Source: Heteronotia binoei (taxonomy: Eukaryota). From it: 64,000 nucleotides of DNA. The notes below the pieces were generated by a model. That model searched no databases and was not told the origin of the DNA. It saw nothing but the letters and a program-made list of their open reading frames with translations. The position numbers and the translations under genes are program-made. This document shows, piece by piece, positions 55,648-64,000 of this stretch. The number at the start of each line of letters is the position of its first letter. The first letter of the stretch is position 1. The stretch lies in assembly GCF_032191835.1 (NCBI RefSeq), contig NC_083237.1, positions 24,986,001 through 25,050,000 on the forward strand, given 5' to 3'.

Positions 55648-55653
55648 AATAAA
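55648..55653 (+). terminator. Probable CNOT3 polyadenylation signal
   Basis: AATAAA ~1.17 kb after the stop, followed by GT/T-rich sequence. Confidence 0.65.
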
Positions 55654-55711
55654 TAGTTTTATATGAGTGTTCTTCTCTTGCAGAGAAACGGGAGACCAAA
55701 AAGAAAAAAAC

Positions 55712-55731
55712 TGTGTGTGTGTGTGTGTGTG
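55712..55731. repeat. (TG)n microsatellite
   Basis: About ten TG units are directly visible. Confidence 0.9.
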
Positions 55732-57659
55732 CGCATGGGTTGAGGGGGAGACAAAGATGATAAAAGAATCCTAACTCAGTAACCTTTCCTTCTCCCACCT
55801 ATCCCCTTGCATGTTAAAGAGGTAAGAGCTGTGGTTGACTGATATAGACACCAGAATCGGCTTAACACCCAGCCTGAATTTGCAGGAGAAACTGAAAGCT
55901 ACCGTTGGCGTTGCTGTAGGACTCAGCATCATGGTAGTGAAAAAAATTATATCTTTTGCAGTGATGCCAAGAGTGGAAAACCAGTTTTTACACTGGAAGT
56001 GATGGTATGTATTACTCTAGGTTTTTGCTACCCAAATGGCTTTGACTTAATGTTGCAGGTTGACCTGGTGCAGCCTACACAGAGGGTCCTCTTTGCCCTT
56101 CATTGTCCAACTAAAACATTCTCCATATCAGTTTGCAAACACTCTGCTGTGCCAGGAAAAGCTGAAGGCGCACAAGCTTAGTACTATCTTGTCACTTCTT
56201 CCCTCAGATTAGCAACAGTCAAATAAGCCCCCCATGCCTTTTTCAGCTGCCACTGCCTACATTTGCCAAACCATCTATTTGTAACAACCAGGAGTAGACA
56301 CTTATTGGGTACCGGTTTGGTATTCTCTTCAGATTAGGGTAAGCAAAACTTAGTAGGATAAGACAGGTACAGGCTCCTAAGCAGTGGTTACTATCTGGAT
56401 GCTGTGACCTCAATACATGGATGATCTGCACTCGAGAGCAGCTGGGGGAAGGGATCTAATAGTCAATTATGACAGGGAAGAACACCTGGTGGAGAGAAGT
56501 GGAAGTGCCCAAGGTGGGGATACCAGTAGCCTGCTGGTTCTTCTGTCTGCAGCAGTACCAAGAAGGGGACAGTGGCTCTAACAGCTTTTAGCTATACCAC
56601 TTCCAGCTTCTAGTGATGAGGGTTGTGAGATTACAGGTCTAAACAAGTTCTGTCTCTCCTCTCCCCCAGTGAAGGAAGCTTTTATTTAAGAAGAAGCACT
56701 GGCATTTCACTTCGTTGTAGGAAAAGGTGGCATTTCTGCACATTAGTCTTCCCAGCCCAGGACTGACTAGCCCTGCTTTCCATTCAGTGCAGCTGATACC
56801 TGTTTGTAAGGCTGGCAAGCAGGGAATGGGATCAGGTCTGTTCCCTCCTGTTATCAACTGATGAAGTCAAATGGTGACAAAAGATCTCCTCCCCCCATCA
56901 AGACTTACATTCAGGCCCTTACCAATTTTTTTTAAACTAAATTATGTATGTTGCAAGCCTTGGTTCTTCCTCTCTCACCTTGGCTATGGTTGGAACTACA
57001 TTAATTTGCTAGATTTCAGCAGAGAGGTCCTTCCTTCTGCCTCCTGCCTAGTTACCAGCTGGGAGTGGCTGCAGTAGGCATTAGCAGCTTCAGAGCTTGC
57101 CTCTGTATTGCATGAGCCAGCAGTGCTACCGCTTAGGCCCAAGGTTTTATAGAAACAAAAGACACTGGAGGCTGTGTCTTTCCTTTGCACAAGGAAATCT
57201 TAAAAGTAAGTTGTGCTGTTTTATAATTATGCTTCAGGTACCCCCACAGTTAAACTGATATGGGTTTTGTCTTTTATAGTCAGAATTAAGGGTAGACATA
57301 CAAAACCTGAAACCCGCCAAGAACTTCACTATCTACCTGTTCTTGTGGTGGCACACTGGTACTAAAAACTGGTTTCTGGCAGCTGTAGCGTAGCCCATTT
57401 ACGAAGATGTTCTGACACACAAACTGGCTGTGGTATGAACCTCATTACTAGTCTTTTTTCAGCCCTCTGAAGTTTCTAAAGCTGCTGTCCATAGCAGAAG
57501 GTGAACAGATGTTAGCTGTCCGCCCCACCTCAGGCAATCTTGGATGATGAAAAAAGCTGCTTCCTTCAGCCTCCCAGAGCAGAAGACGGCACTAACAGGT
57601 CTCCTCAGGGCTGCTGCCAGCTGGCTAATACCGATACTACTGCACAAGCAGGGCTTCTC

Positions 57660-60600
57660 TCACTGTGGCTCCCAGACCCTCTTCCTTGCCAGCTGTGGGT
57701 GGAACTGAGAGTTGTAGCCACGTTTCCTTTCATCTACTTCCTCCTCGGCTTCCCTGGGAAGCAGTTTTCCTGCTTTCTGAGCCAGAAGAACCTCTGCCCG
57801 GGCTCGTTCTGTCTGCTCCCGACGCAGCCGCTCCTGCCGTAGCTTCTCCAGAGTGGAGGAGGAGGAGGATAGAGAAGAAGGTCTGTAGAAGAAGTGGGAG
57901 AGGCGGTTAGAAGTCAAAGCCCACACTGGATGTAGAGAAGTTCCCCAATCCTTGCCACCCATAACAGTCAGGAAGAAGGCAGAAAACAGTACAAGTTGTG
58001 TTCGCTTGATATGTTTTTAAGTATTGGTGGTCAGTGATGTGTTTTCCACAACTGGCGGCTTCAACAGCATGCAGAAGCATGCATGGCTGTAGCACAGTTT
58101 TTACCACTGATATGAACCCAAACCACAATTAGTTCCACTTTGAGAGTGAATTTAACAGCTCTGGATATTACAGGAAAGTGTAAGGGAAAAAATGGTAACA
58201 CCCCTCCCCCCACTTCTTCCTGGCCAGTCCGCATAGCAGTGGACTATGGGGAAGTGGTCCTGACAGTTTCCTGCCAGCCAATATCCGGGATCCCTGCCAC
58301 CTCCTGCTTTTAGCAGAGGAGCAAGAACTCCTTTCATTCTTTGACAATCTCTGGCCCTGTTTTTGGGAGTAGAACGCAGATGCAACACAAAGCATCCAGT
58401 TACTTGTTTTTGTTTTTATCAATGCCCCTTTTTGAGGAGAGGATTTTGTCCTCAAGTGCTTTTTTCAGAGAAATATCTTCTTTAGAGCCATTTAGGCCTG
58501 TTCATACACTACTGTGTTTGGAGGAAAGACTCTCTTAGGTGCATTACCTAAATCTCCTTCTACAGGCTGGTTTGGTGCTGGTGGGAAGGGAAGCATCCAG
58601 CCCTTTCCATGTGCCCTCTAAACAAGCAAATACTATTGAATATACCAGCAGCACATACCCCCCTCTGCTTTCCTTTTGTTTCTGCTCCGCTTTCCCTTTC
58701 TTTCCTTCCTTCTGGGAGCTCTTCTTTTTGTGCAGATGCCTTTCCATTTCAACCAGAGGGTCCAGCTTCCCTTTCAGCTTCACATCCTTGGCAACAGCCT
58801 CACTGCGTTCTGGGGGTTTTTGGTACCAAGGCTGACTAGTCTGGGCCTCTGCTGCGCTCTGGCCCAAGTAAGTGAGGATCCCCAAAGCCTTTTCCCGTCG
58901 CTCCTGCAGAGAATCAAGAACAACCAGCTGTAAGAGAGCCAGTTTGGTGTAGTGGTTAAGTGTGCGGATTCTTATCTGGGAGAACCTGGTTTGATTCCCC
59001 ACTCCTCCACTTGCAGCTGCTGGAATGGCCTTGGGTCAGCCATAGCTCACGTAGGAGTTGTCCTTAAAAGGGCAGCAGCTCTAAGAGCTCTCTCAGCCCC
59101 ACCTTACCTCATAGGGGTGGAGGTAAAGGAGGTTGTGACCTCTCTGAGATTCAGAGTATAGGATGGGATATAAATCCAATAGCATCATCATCTTACCTCT
59201 CAACATATGCTAAAGTGTTACACACGAACTATTTGTATAGCTTCAGAATGTACTTTCATCTCACTCTGCCCTTAACCAAGCTCAGAGAAGGTTCCAGTAG
59301 ACTTTCATCCAGGTATTTATCACCTCTACCACTTGCTATGCTACAGTATTTCAAAATCATTCTCCTTCGGGTTCCTTATAGCCTCAGATTAAGCAGGAAG
59401 ATCTTAATTGGAGTTAACCACTCAGCTTCTACTGAAAGGTGAATGGAAAATTCTAGCTTCCCCAGCCAGTACTATGAAAAGCTGGTTAAATGGGTACCAA
59501 ATTTACATCGCAATCTCTGCAGCTCGCCCTATAAAATGATGAAACGTACCCTAGTCTGGAGTTAATAAACTGGTTAAATCTAGAATAAACCACAAAGGTC
59601 TACATGTGCTTATTCTTAGAGAAGAGCATAAAGAACACTGAAGTCTGAACTAAGCAAAACAGTGAAGGGCTCCAAACTTTGTATATTCAAAGGATATACA
59701 TATAGAGTATTATGTTAAAAGCCCTGTTTTCTCCTCTCTGCTGCCCAGATCACCTCAACTCCAAGCAATTTCCATGTTTGGACCACTGGGTAGTGCTACT
59801 TGGCTAGGCCCTGAGCGCTCTTGGCTACTGAGCTAGTAGCGGCAGGGAACAAAGCTTGCTTGATCCTGCTTCTCTCTTGCCCCCCTTACCTTCTCTTGCC
59901 GCTTCTCCTCCTCATGTTCTTTGTTTCCAACCTCTTGCAATTCATGGAAAAAGTTGATGTGTTGCGAGGGCCCTTCTGAGCCAGGGGACAGAAGGTCTGA
60001 GCTGCTGCTGTCGCTTCCTGGGACTGACAAGCGTGCTTTCTTACGCAAGAATTCAGTCCGAGCCTACAAGGAAGAGGAGGAAAGATGGTTCTAAAGGAGC
60101 AATTGGGTTTTTTGCCTGTAGTGCCCCCTCTCCATCTCCAGTTACTTCTGCAAAATATGAGCCTCATCAAAAACTCCCAAGGAAACTCAGCAGTCATAGA
60201 ATAAGAAGACAAGTCTTGTGGATTAAAATCTGGTTAATTAACAGGAAACAGAGTGAGTATAAATGGACAGTTTTCACAGTGGAGGGTGGTAAGTGGGGTA
60301 CTGCAGGGCTCTACTAGATCTGGTGCTTTTTAACCTGTTCCTTAATGATTTAGAGTTGGCAGTAAGCAGTGAAGTAGCTAAGTTTGCAGATGGCACTGCT
60401 CAGGGTGGTGAGAACCAGGGAGGAATGAGTACTACAGAGGGATCTGTAGAGTCTGGGCAAATGGACATCAATGTGACAAATGAGTTGCAACATGTGCAAG
60501 TCAAACTAGTGCACACGAGTTAAAGGCAAATGCTATGCTGGGGATTACTAGGAAGGGGGTTGAAAACAAATCAGCAAGTACCATAATGCCTCTGTATAAA

Positions 60601-62317
60601 TCTATGGTTTGGCTTCATTTGTAATACTGTGTGCAGTTCTGGTCACTGCACTTCAAAAAAGATATTACAGCACTGGAAAAGGTGCAGAAAAGGGCAACTA
60701 AAATTATTATGAGAATGGAACACCTCGTATGAAGAAAAAAAAGTGATGAGGGCAAGGGTGGCCACATGTGACTCTTTCACACATACTGTGTGGCTCTTAA
60801 AACCACCACCACCTCATTGGCTGGCTAGGAGAAGTAATTTCTCTCTTTCAATCACTTCACCAAGCCAGCTGGTGGCTTGGAGAATGTATTTAAAGCTAAA
60901 GTTGCTTTTTTCCCACTTCTCCCTCCCTCCACCCATTTATTTGTCTTCCTGCCTGTCTTACAGCTCTCAAACATCTGACGTTCATGTCTTGTGGCTCTCA
61001 AACATCTGACATTTATTCCATGTGGCTCTTACGTTAAGCAAGTTTGGCCATCCCTGGATTAGGGCTTTTAACTTGAAGAAACAGTGACTAAGGGGTAATA
61101 TGATAGAGGTTTCCAAAATTATGCATGGGATACAGAAGGTAGAGAAAGAAGTACTTTTCTGTCTCACAGTACAAGAACTCATGGACATTCAGTGAAATTA
61201 ATAAACAGTAGGCTTAGAATAGATAACCTAAAGAATAATTAACACATGGAATTCACTGCTGCAGGAAGTGGTAGCGGCGGCTATAAGTACAGCTTCAAGA
61301 GAAGATTAGATAAACATATGGAGCAGAGGTCCCTCAGTACAGCAGATGGAACACTGCATCTGGGCCAGTGAGGCTCTGTATTCAAATGCTTTGGGGGCAA
61401 CAGTGGGAGGGCTTCTGGAGTTCTCCCCCCTCCCCACTGGACCTGTGTTTTGGCCACTGTCCGACACACAGTGCACTAGATGAGCCATTGCCCTGATCCA
61501 ACATGGCTTCTCTTATGCTCAGTTGCCTTTTCCTTCTTCTGCTTCTCTTACACCTTACAAGGAGGGAAAGAAGAGAAGGGGAAGCAGCTAGGCTCCTTAA
61601 TATCTTGATATCTTGTTAGTATCTCCAGCTAACAAACCTTAAGTAGCAATGCTACTTGAAAAGTAGCAAATGGACCGTCCCTGGAGCCCCTCAAAATCAA
61701 CATGTTTAGATTCACCTGTGGATGTGGGGGGAAATCCACAAGAACTGCTGTCAGAATAATATGTTCTTGTTTTAAGGTTCCCCAAGATTCAAACTAGCTG
61801 CCCCAAATCTCAGTTTAGGCATGAAATTCACAAGGTAGCCTTGGCTAGTTACGTGGCAGAACTGTTGTAACTAAGTTACCCAATCTACATTTTTATTTTA
61901 TTTGACTTCATTTTACCGCACTTTTCTTCCCCAATGAGCACCCAAAAGGGCTTATATCGTTCTACTCTCGTATCTACCACTTTCGGCTCTCTAGAAGAAC
62001 ATCAGCCTTTAAATCGGGAATTAAACGGAGGCAGTCTTTCACACTTCCGTTACGACGATGGTTCAGCCTAGACAGGATGTTTTTTCCCTTTAACCTGTGG
62101 GAAATAAACGCATGCGCAACAGTTATTGCCTGCGGCCGTGCATAAATACTAAGCAGACAGCGCATGCGGGGTAAGGACTACTCGCCTCCTGTTCAGCAAG
62201 CAGGACTCGGGCTTCCCGCTTTTGCCGCTCGGCTTCGGCCTCCGCTTCGTCCCGCCGCACTCGGGCGACGTTGTCCTTGTTCCTCACATGCCACGACTTC
62301 TTCGGAAGGATATTCAT
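57660..62317 (-). CDS. LENG1: Leukocyte receptor cluster member 1, 257 aa, 4 coding exons
   Basis: Minus-strand exons 62317-62186, 60063-59890, 58903-58659, 57882-57660, total 774 nt, open. Motifs are [54 protein letters not shown] and [11 protein letters not shown]. Intron 1 uses a GC donor. Confidence 0.95.
58933..59195 (+). mobile_element. tRNA-derived SINE, family A
   Basis: Same head and body as the 6638 copy. It abuts the LENG1 exon 3 acceptor region. Confidence 0.85.
60260..61520 (+). mobile_element. Degenerate CR1 LINE fragment (RT to 3' UTR) split by a MITE
   Basis: A frameshifted RT motif SGVLQG...[24 protein letters not shown], and a downstream CR1 tail containing ACATGGAATTCACTGC. 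Confidence 0.8.
60753..61056. mobile_element. hAT (Charlie/Buster-like) MITE inserted in CR1
   Basis: TIRs CAAGGGTGGCCA and TGGCCATCCCTG. The 8-bp TSD is GATGAGGG (60745-60752) / GATTAGGG (61057-61064). Confidence 0.8.
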
Positions 62318-62490
62318 AGCTGCTTTAATTTCGGAGTCCCACTCCGCTTCCTCTCAACTTCCGCTTCCGCAATAGCTTTCGCTTCTCCAATTGGCTGCGA
62401 CTTGTCTCCGTTTTCCGATTGGAGGGGGGTGGGACAAAGGCGGTCGTGACGTCCTACAAACTCACGGGGTGTTCTGATTGGTTGGGGATC
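62050..62490 (-). promoter_or_regulatory. LENG1 promoter / CpG island
   Basis: ETS ACTTCCG at 62357-62363, CCAATTGG at 62387-62394, further ATTGG boxes at ~62418 and 62477, CRE-like GTGACGTC at 62446-62453, and NRF1-like CGCATGCGCA at 62109-62118. Confidence 0.7.
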
Positions 62491-63852
62491 ATTTCACCCT
62501 TTTGTGTTGACTGCTGCAGAACCGTCTCCATACTGATTAATGAGATGGGCAAATTTTTTGAAATATTTTGGTGAAGGTCAGATTGCTGTGGTGCTTGGCT
62601 CGTGCATCATATCTTTACTAATAGAACAGGTAACGTTAGTATTAATAAACCCAGTATAACATTTTAAAAATTCTCTTTTATCTAAGCGGGGATGGCTCAT
62701 TCTGTAATTTGGGAATCATGTAGAAGAGAGATTTTGATCAGCGCCCTGATGCTAGATGTGAGTGACACCTAGTAAAATTACGTGCAGGTCTGACAGGGAA
62801 AAATCTTAACTCAGAGTTAGGCTTTTGCGGTCTAATATAAAGACTGTCAAATGTTCTGCAACTTCACACAATAATTAGTATTACTGACTGTATAAATAAC
62901 ATTTTATTTTCTACAGTGGTTGAAAGTGCTTCAGTACATTCAGTGAGCCTTATCACAACAACCTTAAAGTTCGACTGGTGGTATTCCCATGTTACATACT
63001 GGTGGAGCTCAGGCTGCTGAGAGATAGCTTACAGGGGCTTTGAACAAAGAAGAAACTTCAAATGCAGGCATTCCAAACCCAAGTCTAATTTGAAACCCCT
63101 CCCCCCCCATATCAAACAGCCCAAAGCATGTTTACTTTTAAATTTATGAGTTAATTTTTATGCCAAGCTCAAGGCAGCATTCTCCATTTTATCCTCACAA
63201 CCACCCTGTTAGGTAGGTTCATCTGATAGAAAATTACTGCCCCAAGGTCAGTCAGCCTGTTTCATGATGGCAATTTTAAGCTGGGTGTACATCAGTCTGG
63301 CTTTCTCTTTACTTTGAAATAAACTCCAGAGAATTAGACTTGAAATTTTACACAATAGAGTCACATTTTAACAAATGTTCTTAATTCACAATTGATGTAG
63401 AAATATTTGCATAATGTGTTTTTAGAAGTAACTTATTCAAATTTACCTTTTAATGCAAAAAACCCTGACTTTTTACCCACATCCTATATTCCCTTATGGA
63501 AATGCAAATTCCCCTTAAAATTCTGATATTTCATAATATTTTAAATCAGAATGTCAAAAGTTTGCATTGCAGTTCATTTTACAGTTCTTTAAAGTTTAGT
63601 ACAGACGTTGGTCTCAAGAGTCAGATGCAAGAATTCTTATGCTTCCCTCATGAGAAGGCAAAAAATGCATTATTGCAGAGCAGTTTCAACTGGATTGATA
63701 ACTGTTGCAAAATAACTTAAGAATAAAAGGCTGCAGCATCCAGAAGCAGAACTGGAGGGCATGAGTTGGCAGAATCAATACAGTAAAAATCAATGGTATC
63801 CAACAGTTCCTTCTGGTAAGGAGAATATATATCTTGTCATCGTTCTTCTGCT

Positions 63853-63906
63853 TCATTGGCTCAACTCGGAGATCTGCTTCACTAAGAAAAGCTTGTCCTG
63901 ACCCTC
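63853..63906 (-). CDS. TMC4: Last coding exon of a TMC-family channel gene, probably TMC4; the gene continues beyond the window
   Basis: Acceptor ...TTATTGTATTCAG at 63907 is followed by EGQDKLFLVKQISELSQ*, resembling the TMC C-terminal E-x-x-D/N-K-x-F-L motif. TMC4 is the same-strand neighbour of LENG1 in the conserved gene order. Confidence 0.7.
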   Translation of the reverse strand, partial: EGQDKLFLVKQISELSQ

Positions 63907-64000
63907 CTGAATACAATAAAAAGAGAAAACAGCTGGAAAGAAATGACCTGTACATTTCATTTTTCCTGCTATTCCATATCAGGCTAGTGGGACCAAATGT

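Noticed and set aside
60293-60523. Reverse transcriptase gene
   Set aside because: It is a short, frameshifted CR1 fragment with the catalytic ADD altered to ADG, and it is interrupted by a MITE.
63686-63955. 89-aa minus-strand ORF from the track
   Set aside because: The TMC-like peptide is in a different frame (63906-63853). The listed ORF has no recognisable similarity.

Overview
This is eukaryotic, intron-rich DNA from a squamate reptile, most likely a gecko judging by the SINE content (inference). It holds six genes in the order I recall from human 19q13.42: NDUFA3(+), TFPT(-), PRPF31(+), CNOT3(+), LENG1(-) and the last coding exon of TMC4(-). I traced the exons of the five complete genes by hand. 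All splice into open frames of 86, 245, 499, 717 and 257 aa. The rest is repeat-rich: Sauria-type, tRNA-derived and 5S-derived SINEs, CR1 fragments, hAT-like MITEs and Penelope-like termini. The most unusual item is a 2.74-kb foldback-type element (820-3556) with inverted arms built from ~155-bp tandem units and a 9-bp target duplication, nested in a MITE just upstream of NDUFA3. Also notable are recurrent Penelope-like inverted-terminus insertions with minimal hammerhead-ribozyme motifs, a short uORF and a microsatellite-dependent overlapping uORF in the CNOT3 leader, and a GC-AG first intron in LENG1. There is no CRISPR array, prokaryotic system, or genuine tRNA/rRNA gene. Repeat boundaries are approximate. 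Comparisons with human orthologues are from memory and need database confirmation.
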